From IMG/VR virus record IMGVR_UViG_3300000295_000002, positions 19,700-83,699 of that record: a DNA stretch of 64,000 nt. The stretch is one strand, 5' to 3'. The position numbers and the translations under genes are program-made. How positions within the stretch are numbered: position 1 is the first letter of the stretch; the number at the start of each line of letters is the position of its first letter. Under the pieces are notes generated by a model. That model saw nothing but the letters and a program-made list of their open reading frames with translations, did no database searches and was not told where the DNA came from. Shown here piece by piece: positions 50,981-60,204 of the stretch. The stretch is from a virus.

Positions 50981-52204
50981 ATGCCAATAGTTAGTAATAA
51001 GGCGAATAGAAAATTCGCCCCTTTGGACGTTTCTGTATCAGTAGTGTGCGCATCGCCTAAGTCTCCATTCATGCAGACTATGGCTGGCGATAAATTCTTC
51101 CCAGACAGAACACAGAGCGGCTTTGAGTGTATTGCCTACCCGAGTATCAATGCTACGGCAAAGGATGATTCATGGGATAGCAAGCAGTCGAATATGTCTC
51201 TTGCCAATATGGTATGGAAGGTTTCTACGGGCACGGAATGGAAGGACATATCTAAAATTAATTCTTGGAGCGGTAAGTATAGCATTGATACAAGCAATAC
51301 ATCTAATCGTGGTTCGCTTACTATCAAGAGGAATCTTTCAAGTAATGATAAGCAGCAGTTGCAATTCGAAGCTGACCTGTATGATTATAGAACGAATTCT
51401 ATATTGCATATCACCGCTGACCCTATTACTCTGTATACGGCAGATAAGGGTGCAGATACCTATGGTATGGGTATTCGGGAAGATACCGATATATCCTATA
51501 ACCCATTCCTTGATAAGCTGGCTCTCTACGAGTATAAGGTTGCTAATAACATCATATCGGCATCTACGGAAGCAAGAAACGCTTGCTTTGACGGCAATCA
51601 GTATGAATGTCACATTCCGATTGATGTATATAAGTCTAAGGATAGAATTACAAGCGGATTCTCTATTGAGCTGTATCGAGGAACGACTAAGATGTCTGCT
51701 TCTTCTGCTGCAAGCCCTAACGAGATTATATCTATCTCCACATCTGAGATTGTGCTTGACCTTAGACTTGTAGAGAAGAATAATTATACCATCAAGGCGG
51801 TAATAAACGGCAAGGCTGTTGCTCAGTTCCAATTTTCCGCTTCTAGGTTCTATCCTTCTTTCAATCAGCCTAAGTTCATGGTATGCAATGATATTGAATG
51901 GGGTAAGATATACAGAAGCAACAAGGCTATTTTGGAGTACAACGGAAGGGTTGTTGAATACCCTAACCGCATCGTAGAATTGCAATGGCATACCGAAGCT
52001 TCAAACGGAAGTGTCATAACAAAGAAGTCTTGGCAAGAGGGAAATAGCTGTACCTTCTCTATCGAAGAGAGTGGTCTTGGCGATGTTGAGAGCGATTATC
52101 TTGAAGAACAGATAGAATACAAACAGCGCCCTGCCAACGACTATCTCATTGATGAAGATAGCAATTACCTGCTTGATGAGGATGGCAATGCTTTAATTGA
52201 TTAA
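50981..52204 (+). CDS. tail fibre / baseplate-associated protein
   Basis: 407 aa with similar composition, in the same operon. Confidence 0.45.
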   Translation: MPIVSNKANRKFAPLDVSVSVVCASPKSPFMQTMAGDKFFPDRTQSGFECIAYPSINATAKDDSWDSKQSNMSLANMVWKVSTGTEWKDISKINSWSGKYSIDTSNTSNRGSLTIKRNLSSNDKQQLQFEADLYDYRTNSILHITADPITLYTADKGADTYGMGIREDTDISYNPFLDKLALYEYKVANNIISASTEARNACFDGNQYECHIPIDVYKSKDRITSGFSIELYRGTTKMSASSAASPNEIISISTSEIVLDLRLVEKNNYTIKAVINGKAVAQFQFSASRFYPSFNQPKFMVCNDIEWGKIYRSNKAILEYNGRVVEYPNRIVELQWHTEASNGSVITKKSWQEGNSCTFSIEESGLGDVESDYLEEQIEYKQRPANDYLIDEDSNYLLDEDGNALID

Positions 52205-52229
52205 TATGTATAATTAAAAAATATAAGAT

Positions 52230-53450
52230 ATGGGTGTTAAATTAACAGAAAAGAAGCTTGTTACGGCAATGAATACCGACCAAACCTTCTTGATTGTAGT
52301 AGATGGAGCTCTTCGCAGATTAAGTCTCGGAGACCTTCAGAAAATGATGGGTAACAATATTTTCTACCCATCAATTACATTGGAGCAGTCTTCTAACCCT
52401 AAATTCGCTCTGCCAACGCCTTTCATGGCTGATATGTATCAGAGAGCAATGGGTGGATATATGATGAAGGTTGTGAATGGTAAGGTGTATGCTGCTAAGC
52501 TAGACCCTAGTAATTGGGAGTTCTTTGCTGACGGAACAAAGGTGGATGATGCGGCAAAGTATGAGACGATGGTTCATGTTCCCGATTGCCACTTCAAGGC
52601 AGAAAACAAGACCTTGCAATTTGGAGGATTATTCCCTATTTCGGGCGGCAAGACATTCGATTCGCCAAACTGGGTAGGTGCATACAAGATGTATGTGGAT
52701 GTAAGCGGTGTGGGTCATTCAAGACCTAACGTTGCCCCTTCACATTCAAGGACGATGAGTGCATTTTGGGCTTGCGCACAGAAGCTTGGTTCGAACTTTG
52801 GTCTTGCAAACTATGGATTTCAATGCCTTATTGAAGCTTTGTATCAGGTAAGTTTTGGTGACCTCAATAGCCAATCCGTTATTGGTCCTGGATTCCAATC
52901 TGAAAAATTTGAAGCATGTCGTGATGTTCCTATGGGCAAGTGTATCTCGCTCGGTGACGGGAGCGGCAAAGTACTTTACAATGATGCTACTCTAGGTAAC
53001 CAATATCCCGTTAAGCTTTTTTGTTTTGAGGATTTGTGGGGCAAACTTTTGGAGTTCCGTCCAGGTATTCGTTTCTATATGGATGGCGATACGAAATATG
53101 CTGTTGTCTATAGCGGGAACCGAGTAAGCAATACTGCCGATGGTAGAAAGTTTACCATATTATCTACTGAAAACGGGTTTTACACACGAAAGGTGCTAGG
53201 TACACATTGGGATACAATTCCGCAAGCAGTTGGAGGCAGCGACAGTACGTACTACTGCGATTACTGCTGGAATTCGATAAATGGCAATCTGCTGTCCGTT
53301 GGGGGTAATTCCAACGACATATCGGGATGCGGTCTTTCGTTTATGACCTCAATCTTCGATTTCTCGTACTCGTTTAAGTTATCCGGTGCTCGCTTGGCTT
53401 ACTATGGAAACCCTACAATCGTAAGCGGTTCGGAGCTCATGGCGATGTAA
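52230..53450 (+). CDS. putative receptor-binding tail protein
   Basis: 406 aa with a Gly/Cys-containing C-terminal domain. Lies in the tail-tip operon. Confidence 0.4.
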   Translation: MGVKLTEKKLVTAMNTDQTFLIVVDGALRRLSLGDLQKMMGNNIFYPSITLEQSSNPKFALPTPFMADMYQRAMGGYMMKVVNGKVYAAKLDPSNWEFFADGTKVDDAAKYETMVHVPDCHFKAENKTLQFGGLFPISGGKTFDSPNWVGAYKMYVDVSGVGHSRPNVAPSHSRTMSAFWACAQKLGSNFGLANYGFQCLIEALYQVSFGDLNSQSVIGPGFQSEKFEACRDVPMGKCISLGDGSGKVLYNDATLGNQYPVKLFCFEDLWGKLLEFRPGIRFYMDGDTKYAVVYSGNRVSNTADGRKFTILSTENGFYTRKVLGTHWDTIPQAVGGSDSTYYCDYCWNSINGNLLSVGGNSNDISGCGLSFMTSIFDFSYSFKLSGARLAYYGNPTIVSGSELMAM

Positions 53451-53454
53451 GGAA

Positions 53455-53907
53455 ATGCCTAGCGTTATTAATAATTATAAAAGAAAGGATATTATCATGG
53501 AAATTAGAAAGTCTATATTCGATTACTCACCTAGTCTGATTGAGTATGAGGGTAATACTATTCGCATCAATTTCGATGTTGAACAGATTGAATTAGCCAA
53601 TGGTACGGGTAGCAGCGAAGGCAAAAAAACTACCCGAATGGCTTATGCCGCCCACGTTGTCCGTATCGAGCAGCCTTTGGAGCGAGGTAAGATAGTTGAT
53701 GCAATCGTCTCATCCGCTTATCCTACCGACAAGATGCAAGCTATCATCAACAACCATTTCGCCAATCTTGCCAAAATTGCGGATGGCAAGAAGCTTGATG
53801 CCGATGATAAGGAGCATGAAGCAGAGTATGAAGCTATGCAATCATGGCGCACGAAGGCGAAGGCTGTAGCTACGGATGTTATAGACAATTATATCAGCAC
53901 TCATTAA
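53455..53907 (+). CDS. hypothetical protein (start may be 53497)
   Basis: 150-aa ORF. An alternative start is MEIRKSIF. Confidence 0.5.
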   Translation: MPSVINNYKRKDIIMEIRKSIFDYSPSLIEYEGNTIRINFDVEQIELANGTGSSEGKKTTRMAYAAHVVRIEQPLERGKIVDAIVSSAYPTDKMQAIINNHFANLAKIADGKKLDADDKEHEAEYEAMQSWRTKAKAVATDVIDNYISTH

Positions 53908-53924
53908 AAGGAGGATAATAGCCT

Positions 53925-55037
53925 ATGAAAAAGGTAGTACATCTTTTTGCCTCGCAGCGTGTCAACCGAAAGGCACGTACTGACAATGAAGAGGTGTTCA
54001 GGGAGAAAGTTACGCTCATTACCAACAAGCAGATGAGTATCGGTCAGCTTGCAGACTTTTCTCAGTTGGTTAAGGATATGGGCAATTGCGGTATAGTGAT
54101 AGGCGATGGTAAAGTTGTGCTGAAAGGCGACCAGATAAAGGTGCTCAACGGCAATGACTTGGCGGTGATGTTTGAAGGCGGCAAGCTTAATGCTAAACTC
54201 ATCAATGCTAAAAATGTTGTAGCAGACGGCATACAGGGCAACACCATTGATGCAAAGAATGCGACAATATCTAATTTAAGAGTCAAGAACGTTCTTTTGT
54301 CAGGTTCTATGCGAAATCCATTCGTTCGTATTTATGACAGCTTCACAAACCCCTATATTGATAATATAGTTATGCAGAATGAAAATAGCACTTTTCAAGA
54401 AATGCATAGCTTACCGTGGAATGTAGAACAATCTGGTAGAAAGCTGTGCATAGTAGGTAGTTTGTGGGGTATAAATAAACCAAATACTTTTTGGGGCCCA
54501 TCAGTAATAGAAGTGCCTAAAGAAGAACAAGGATATGGCTGTCGGTTTTATGAAAACGGAATCGCAAAAACTGAGCTGCATTTTAGCGCAGAAGTCTTAG
54601 AACTCATGGCTTATGGAAATGTATCGGCTAAAACAGATGATGATCCGAAATCGAAATATATATATGGTTGGATTGTCTTAAATCGAATTGATTTAATGTC
54701 AAACCATCAATACGGCAGACAAAAGAAAGTGCTGGCTTACGGTAAGGTTACAGGTACTACAGGTGGTGTTTCTATACAATATAGAACTTTTGATGGTAGT
54801 AAAATGAGTGTAAGTCGTGGTGACAAAGGAATCAATATTCTACATATCCCCAAATGGGTATATGATGAATCAGATATTTTCGTTACACTTACTAATACGT
54901 CGTCTTATGTATCATTGGGAAGTATAAAAGCAACAAGTGATGGCTTTGATATAAACGTATTGGCAAGAGGAACTAACTCTTTCGAAGAAGGCAGTTTCAA
55001 TTTTGAAATTTCTAATTTCAACGATTTCGATACTTGA
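53925..55037 (+). CDS. tail fibre-like protein
   Basis: 370 aa. Last gene of the operon, followed by a strong terminator. Confidence 0.45.
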   Translation: MKKVVHLFASQRVNRKARTDNEEVFREKVTLITNKQMSIGQLADFSQLVKDMGNCGIVIGDGKVVLKGDQIKVLNGNDLAVMFEGGKLNAKLINAKNVVADGIQGNTIDAKNATISNLRVKNVLLSGSMRNPFVRIYDSFTNPYIDNIVMQNENSTFQEMHSLPWNVEQSGRKLCIVGSLWGINKPNTFWGPSVIEVPKEEQGYGCRFYENGIAKTELHFSAEVLELMAYGNVSAKTDDDPKSKYIYGWIVLNRIDLMSNHQYGRQKKVLAYGKVTGTTGGVSIQYRTFDGSKMSVSRGDKGINILHIPKWVYDESDIFVTLTNTSSYVSLGSIKATSDGFDINVLARGTNSFEEGSFNFEISNFNDFDT

Positions 55038-55416
55038 TAACAGATAAGGCGGTTCTCCACATGGTGACCGCCTTATTCTTTTCTCGTCCGTCAGGGGAGT
55101 GTGTTGCATCGAACTTCTCTATAGGTTCTAATATCATGTCAGCGAAATATGGAGCATCAGAGCCACCGAAAGATGGAATTAAATCACTAAGATAGCCATA
55201 TCTACCTTTCCTTCGTTCCTCCTCTGCTTGCGTTACAAGACCTTTCTGCATTCTAACAGCGAAAGGAAGTTTGTTGAAATCATAGATACCATCTATCCAG
55301 TCGTTAGGGTGCGGATTACACTTGTGCTCCAACTCTCGCTCTCCAGGAGTTGATGGCAACCTACTGCCACCTACCAGGTACATCATTTGATTTTCGTATG
55401 GTTCTAATTTTTTCAT
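55018..55416 (-). CDS. hypothetical protein (reverse-oriented, own promoter)
   Basis: 132-aa ORF. A leftward TAACTTTG box lies at 55442-55449. Confidence 0.5.
   Translation of the reverse strand: MKKLEPYENQMMYLVGGSRLPSTPGERELEHKCNPHPNDWIDGIYDFNKLPFAVRMQKGLVTQAEEERRKGRYGYLSDLIPSFGGSDAPYFADMILEPIEKFDATHSPDGREKNKAVTMWRTALSVIKYRNR
55044..55082 (+). terminator. intrinsic terminator
   Basis: 10-bp stem ATAAGGCGGT / ACCGCCTTAT followed by a T-rich run. Confidence 0.6.
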
Positions 55417-55441
55417 AATCTTAATATTTTGATTTCTGCTG

Positions 55442-55449
55442 CAAAGTTA
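55442..55449 (-). promoter_or_regulatory. -7 promoter box (TAACTTTG), leftward
   Basis: Reverse complement of caaagtta. Confidence 0.45.
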
Positions 55450-55598
55450 CGAAAATAAACTGAAAGCGCAATGTTTCTGTTACCATTTTCTTCAATTTTG
55501 GTAACAAAAAATCGGTAACAAAACTTTCAGATTATTACTTTTTTATGAAGTTTAACACAAAAATATTCTCATTTTCGTTGATTTTGCGCAAAAAAGTG

Positions 55599-55606
55599 TA
55601 TCTTTG
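55599..55606 (+). promoter_or_regulatory. -7 promoter box (TATCTTTG), rightward
   Basis: About 45 nt upstream of the ATG at 55652. Confidence 0.45.
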
Positions 55607-55651
55607 CACAATAATTTAATTTAATTTAAATCAACCTAAAAAAAAGAGATT

Positions 55652-56158
55652 ATGACTAAAGAAGACGAAGACAACCTATTAAGGTGGTTGCAAGACAAGG
55701 ACATCATTGAGGTGATGGATTTACTGATGAAGCATTGTAACAGATATTCAAGGAGGATTTTGAAGTTCTTCCGATGGTTCTGCAAGTACGTTCCGATTAC
55801 GCTTATGTTATTCCACGCTTATGGAATGTGGGATTTCTCGCAGCATCCACGAGACATGTTCATCCCATACGCAGAAAATACGCCTTGCTATCTCTACATA
55901 TATTTTATGGTGTACGTCCTACCTATGGTTCTTATACTGGCAAGCCGATTTTTCTTCTTGTGTTGGAGATACCGCATTCCCTTCTTCTACTTTGCAAGCA
56001 TCAATGCTGCTCACATCGTTGAATGGAGCTGGTATACCACCAAAGATATGATAGATTCCTGCTTCACTATCATGGTAGTAACGGCAATATTCTATCTGTA
56101 CTCTTTTGTGGATTTGTTTATAAGTCGAAGTAAGTTAGGACGTAAAATCTGTGCATAA
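55652..56158 (+). CDS. integral membrane protein
   Basis: 168 aa with about four hydrophobic helices. Confidence 0.6.
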   Translation: MTKEDEDNLLRWLQDKDIIEVMDLLMKHCNRYSRRILKFFRWFCKYVPITLMLFHAYGMWDFSQHPRDMFIPYAENTPCYLYIYFMVYVLPMVLILASRFFFLCWRYRIPFFYFASINAAHIVEWSWYTTKDMIDSCFTIMVVTAIFYLYSFVDLFISRSKLGRKICA

Positions 56159-56499
56159 TGGGAAAGATACTAAATTATAAGTTGCTCGGCACGGCTTTTA
56201 AGTCGCTGAGTGACGCTTGCTTTAAGGCAGACGAGCAACAGCGAAATGGTGAGAAAATCACCGCCTGCGGTATGAGTGATGATGACCTAGATAGATTGTG
56301 TGACATCATCCCCGATATGCTAAACCCGATGCTATCTACCGAGGAAGTCAAGGAGAAGCTTCACGTTTCTGATGCTACCCTTAACAGAATGGTGGCTAGG
56401 GGCGATTTGCCCAATGGCGAGTGCAAGAAGCGAGGTCACACCCGATATTGGAAGAAGTGGGATATACTGCACTTCATTAAGAGTAAGAGAGGTAAGTGA
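56158..56499 (+). CDS. Xis/MerR-like HTH DNA-binding protein
   Basis: LHVSDATLNRMVARGDLP...YWKKWDILHF. Confidence 0.6.
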   Translation: MGKILNYKLLGTAFKSLSDACFKADEQQRNGEKITACGMSDDDLDRLCDIIPDMLNPMLSTEEVKEKLHVSDATLNRMVARGDLPNGECKKRGHTRYWKKWDILHFIKSKRGK

Positions 56500-56515
56500 T
56501 TGCCTCTCTTTTTTA
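56486..56515 (+). terminator. intrinsic terminator
   Basis: AGAGAGG / CCTCTCT hairpin followed by TTTTTT. Confidence 0.6.
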
Positions 56516-56807
56516 TTTGGTACAATATAATAGACAAAAACACACATATTTACCAGAAAAATATACGCACTTTTTGCCTTAAATTATACATAACGATTAT
56601 ACTATTGGTGTGGTATAGGGGATTTTTGTTTTAATTCCAAATTTCGATGCTTTTTAAAATACAATATTTCGAGGAAATTATATACAATATTTCTTCAAAA
56701 ATATATATTCGTTTAAAATGACATTACCCGCTATCACCTTAAATCTCTGATAATCAACCACTAAAAGAAAGTGTGATAGAGTTATATTTGCTCTTCCCTA
56801 TTCTTCG

Positions 56808-56815
56808 TACCTTTG
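56808..56815 (+). promoter_or_regulatory. -7 promoter box (TACCTTTG), rightward
   Basis: Upstream of the ATG at 56873. A second box, TATATTTG, lies at 56783-56790. Confidence 0.45.
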
Positions 56816-56872
56816 CATCCGTAATCGATTACATAGTGTTAGTTAATATTAAGGATTTCAAAAGATTGTATT

Positions 56873-57580
56873 ATGGAAATGACAGATGCAAAAGTAGTAG
56901 AGAAGAAAATCTACGAAGATGGTAAGAAGGAGTATGCCAGCAAGGGTTTGGCAGGAACAGCCCTCGGAATTGGCATCGGTGGCTTGGCTTTAGCTTTGCT
57001 TAACGGCAATGGTCGTGGTGTATTCGGTTCTCTCGGTGGCGGCAATATGCCCGAGAACGTGAACATCAACACTTACGGAGCTAACTCAAGCTCAAATCAG
57101 CCAACCGCCTTGCAGGTAATGGAGAAGGAATGCGATGATGAGGTAAAGTTGCTTACCTACATGTTCGGTATGAAGCTCGACACCGCTAACAAGTTCTATG
57201 CTATGCGTGAGACAGATGTTGCCGAGAAATTCGGTCTTTACAAGTCGCAGGTAGATGCTATCAACGCTGAGAACCGCCGTGCAATGCAGGCTGAGTTCGG
57301 TTTGTATAAGTCTCAGATTGATGCAGACTTTGGTCTGTACAAGAATCAGAGAGACCAGTATGACGCACTACAGGCTAAGTATTGCGACCTCGACAAGAAG
57401 GTAGCCGTTATGGAAGCCCTCACTCCTTACAAGGAGAAGCTTATGATGGCTTACGTTAACGAGAAGACCTGCAATTGCTTGCGTGGTCAGTTGGTACTCC
57501 CATCTACGCCAGTAATTTCGGGCTACGGCAGTTATGGCTGTAACTGCACCGCTCCTTCCACTCCCACTACAGGAGCGTAA
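56873..57580 (+). CDS. membrane-anchored protein with FGLYK(S/N)Q repeats
   Basis: 235 aa. TM segment GLAGTALGIGIGGLALALL. Three FGLYKSQ/FGLYKNQ repeats. Cys-rich C-terminus. Confidence 0.6.
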   Translation: MEMTDAKVVEKKIYEDGKKEYASKGLAGTALGIGIGGLALALLNGNGRGVFGSLGGGNMPENVNINTYGANSSSNQPTALQVMEKECDDEVKLLTYMFGMKLDTANKFYAMRETDVAEKFGLYKSQVDAINAENRRAMQAEFGLYKSQIDADFGLYKNQRDQYDALQAKYCDLDKKVAVMEALTPYKEKLMMAYVNEKTCNCLRGQLVLPSTPVISGYGSYGCNCTAPSTPTTGA

Positions 57581-57704
57581 CAGAGCAAGAAAGTCTGTAA
57601 AAAGGACTAAAAAGAAATGAGTTGGTGAGGGGCGTTTACCCTCGTTGGTGGATGCCCTCTCACCTCTCTATAATATATCACCAACTTTAAAGATATTGAT
57701 TGTT

Positions 57705-58196
57705 ATGATGAATTTTGGAAACAGCCCATTATTGGATATGGGTACAAGTCAGCAGCAGCCGCAAATGATGGATGCTGAGCTACAGAAGATGTATGAGGCA
57801 ATACAGCAGAAGCGAGCATCTATCAATATGCAAGCGCAGCAGTCTCCAACCCCTTTGTGGGATGAGATAGATAAAATTGAAGACAATCTTACAGGCGCAC
57901 AACGTCAGTACTTGATGCAAAACCAGGAGTACGTTAATAGCTTGCAATATGTGTCTAAGCTAGTGCAAGACGAGGAATTGCGAATCATACGTCCTCGCAT
58001 TGAGAGTACTCAGCAAGGACAGGAAGCATTGAAGAAGCACTTATCTTTGATGCAAAGACTAAGAAAAGAAGTAGCGCAAGCAGAAGAACTGAAATCTGCT
58101 ATGCTCAACGATTATATGACTAACCATAGTGATAAGACTTGGCAAGAATATCTCGTTTGGTACAATAAAACACATAAAGGAGAAACTAAGAAATGA
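57705..58196 (+). CDS. Gln-rich hypothetical protein
   Basis: ORF 57645..58196. Start taken at MMNFGNSP. Confidence 0.5.
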   Translation: MMNFGNSPLLDMGTSQQQPQMMDAELQKMYEAIQQKRASINMQAQQSPTPLWDEIDKIEDNLTGAQRQYLMQNQEYVNSLQYVSKLVQDEELRIIRPRIESTQQGQEALKKHLSLMQRLRKEVAQAEELKSAMLNDYMTNHSDKTWQEYLVWYNKTHKGETKK

Positions 58197-58624
58197 ACGT
58201 AACAGAATTTAAAGAGAAACTGCTTGAATCGGTGGACGTTTGGGCAGATGCAAGAATAGACGATATGGTTAAGGCTAACCCGATGCTAGCCATACCATCA
58301 GTGTATATGAAACGTGCGGCGCATAATATCATATCCAAGAATAAGGATAAATGGGATAAATCGATAGACAACGCTACCCTATTTCTTGCTGATGAGAACG
58401 GAAACATAGATACCAACACGATATTTGAAGATATGATGCAGATGCTAAAATCCGTGGAAGATTACAAATTCGATGTAGGTTTTATTCACGGACATATCGA
58501 CAAAGGAGTTGTGTCTATTGACCTGCCAGATGGAATTGCCACCGCTATTCTCTTTGGAAGCAAGCGAAGCATCAACTTCACAGAGGAGGACTTTGTAGAG
58601 TTGAAAGATTTGATAATAGGTTAA
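58193..58624 (+). CDS. hypothetical protein
   Basis: 143-aa ORF. ATGA overlap. Confidence 0.55.
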   Translation: MNVTEFKEKLLESVDVWADARIDDMVKANPMLAIPSVYMKRAAHNIISKNKDKWDKSIDNATLFLADENGNIDTNTIFEDMMQMLKSVEDYKFDVGFIHGHIDKGVVSIDLPDGIATAILFGSKRSINFTEEDFVELKDLIIG

Positions 58625-58636
58625 AATATATAAGAT

Positions 58637-59143
58637 ATGGAAGCAAAAGAGATTATGAGTAAGTTCGATGAGCTGTATGGAATGATGGCTTCATCAACAA
58701 ACGTAAAGTATATGCACGTATTTGGAGATACGATGCGTTGTATGATGCAGGATATGGCAGCCAAACACCCAGAGTTGGCGCAAGAGTATCTTGATAAGCT
58801 TTGCGCTATCAAGTGGACAAACTATCTTACGAAGAAGGAGGCTTCTGAGATTGTAAACAGTATGAATCCATCTGCAACTTGGGATATGCAGACATGGCTC
58901 AATGCTATGACTGGTCTCGGACTTGCAACAGAGGAGAAGCCTTACTACAACGATTATGCTTTGTACGTTGTCATGAATCAGGTTGTAAGCGACCACGGAT
59001 GCACAATTGCAAAGATACTCGGCAAGGAAGATGTTAATGACATTGATACAGAACATCTTGTTAAGTATGCCAACCACCTTGCACTCGACTTGTTGAAAGA
59101 TAAGGATGGCGTGTACGACATAAGAGAATATTTCTTGAAGTAA
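58637..59143 (+). CDS. hypothetical protein
   Basis: 168-aa ORF. Confidence 0.55.
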   Translation: MEAKEIMSKFDELYGMMASSTNVKYMHVFGDTMRCMMQDMAAKHPELAQEYLDKLCAIKWTNYLTKKEASEIVNSMNPSATWDMQTWLNAMTGLGLATEEKPYYNDYALYVVMNQVVSDHGCTIAKILGKEDVNDIDTEHLVKYANHLALDLLKDKDGVYDIREYFLK

Positions 59144-59161
59144 CACTAAAAACATACGGTT

Positions 59162-59590
59162 ATGAAAAAGGTATTTGAAAACATATTGGCAAGCAACGAT
59201 ATACAGACTATTAAGAATTGTGTTGCAACAATGGCTGATTGTTGCGAAGTTGGAATGAATGACGGTGTAATGCTTGATATGATGAAGCAAGTTCAATGTG
59301 AGATTGGTGAGTGCCATTTTGATGAAGAAATGGCAGACTTACATCTTTGTCTTATCGGGCAACTTCACACTAAAGACGTTGCCAAGGATTATTGGCATGA
59401 GGTCAAGAATGACAATATTACCATAAATGACTGGTGCGTTCTTTGGGGTGAAATGGTTAAAAGGAATGACGAAAAAATCAAAAAATGGTTTCCAAAAATC
59501 AACACATACGATTATGAACATAAGATTTTCGATGAGTGCATTTCTTTCTTAAATAACGGAGAATTGCCGTATCATGATTTAAAAGTATAA
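59162..59590 (+). CDS. hypothetical protein
   Basis: 142-aa ORF. Confidence 0.55.
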   Translation: MKKVFENILASNDIQTIKNCVATMADCCEVGMNDGVMLDMMKQVQCEIGECHFDEEMADLHLCLIGQLHTKDVAKDYWHEVKNDNITINDWCVLWGEMVKRNDEKIKKWFPKINTYDYEHKIFDECISFLNNGELPYHDLKV

Positions 59591-59611
59591 AGTTTTTCGT
59601 TATTCTGAATG

Positions 59612-59657
59612 AAGTTTCGGTTTTTTTTGCTATCTTTGCATCAAGAGACCGAAACTT
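59612..59657 (+). promoter_or_regulatory. promoter box (TATCTTTG, 59631-59638) bracketed by a 9-bp inverted repeat
   Basis: AAGTTTCGG (59612-59620) and CCGAAACTT (59649-59657) flank the -7 box in front of the lysis-like cassette. Confidence 0.45.
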
Positions 59658-59688
59658 TATTTTTATTTATTATTCAGGATAACAGATT

Positions 59689-60204
59689 ATGATAGATTTA
59701 TTAGATTCATCACAGATTCGGCAGATAGTGGTTACAATTTTCTCTGCTATACTTGCCTTTGCAACGCCAACTGAAGGTTTCGTGCTGGCGCTAGTAATTG
59801 CTTTCGGCTTCAACATCTTTTGTGGTATGAGGGCTGATGGAGTTAGTGTTGTACGATGCAAAAACTTTTCGGCATCAAAGTTTGTAAACGCCATACTTGA
59901 AATGTTGCTCTATCTTACAATTGACTATGTGATATATGGTATCATGATAGGCTGTAATGACGGAAATGAGGCTTTGTTTGTAATAAAGATGCTTACATAC
60001 ATTTTCTGCTATGTGTATCTATGCAACGCGTTCAAAAACCTCATCAAGGCATACCCTAAGAATGTAGCATTCAGAGTTATTTACTACATTTTGAGATTCG
60101 AGTTTGCAAAGGCATTGCCTAGTTATTGGAAACCGATATTGGAGAGATTGAATCAGGAGTTTGATAAAAAAGAGGAGGAAAACAAAAATGGAAGTACTAA
60201 TTGA
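59689..60204 (+). CDS. holin-like membrane protein
   Basis: 171 aa with about four TM helices and a charged C-terminus. Lies immediately upstream of the lysin-like gene. Confidence 0.5.
   Translation: MIDLLDSSQIRQIVVTIFSAILAFATPTEGFVLALVIAFGFNIFCGMRADGVSVVRCKNFSASKFVNAILEMLLYLTIDYVIYGIMIGCNDGNEALFVIKMLTYIFCYVYLCNAFKNLIKAYPKNVAFRVIYYILRFEFAKALPSYWKPILERLNQEFDKKEEENKNGSTN

Noticed and set aside
51123-51991. ORFs 51123..51773 (plus, 216 aa) and 51338..51991 (minus, 217 aa)
   Set aside because: They are embedded in or antisense to the 407-aa tail gene 50981..52204, which fits the operon spacing. Their translations are Leu/Ile/Arg/Ser-rich and not protein-like.
58694-59317. Minus-strand ORF 58694..59317 (207 aa)
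   Set aside because: It is antisense across two well-spaced plus-strand genes and their intergenic region.
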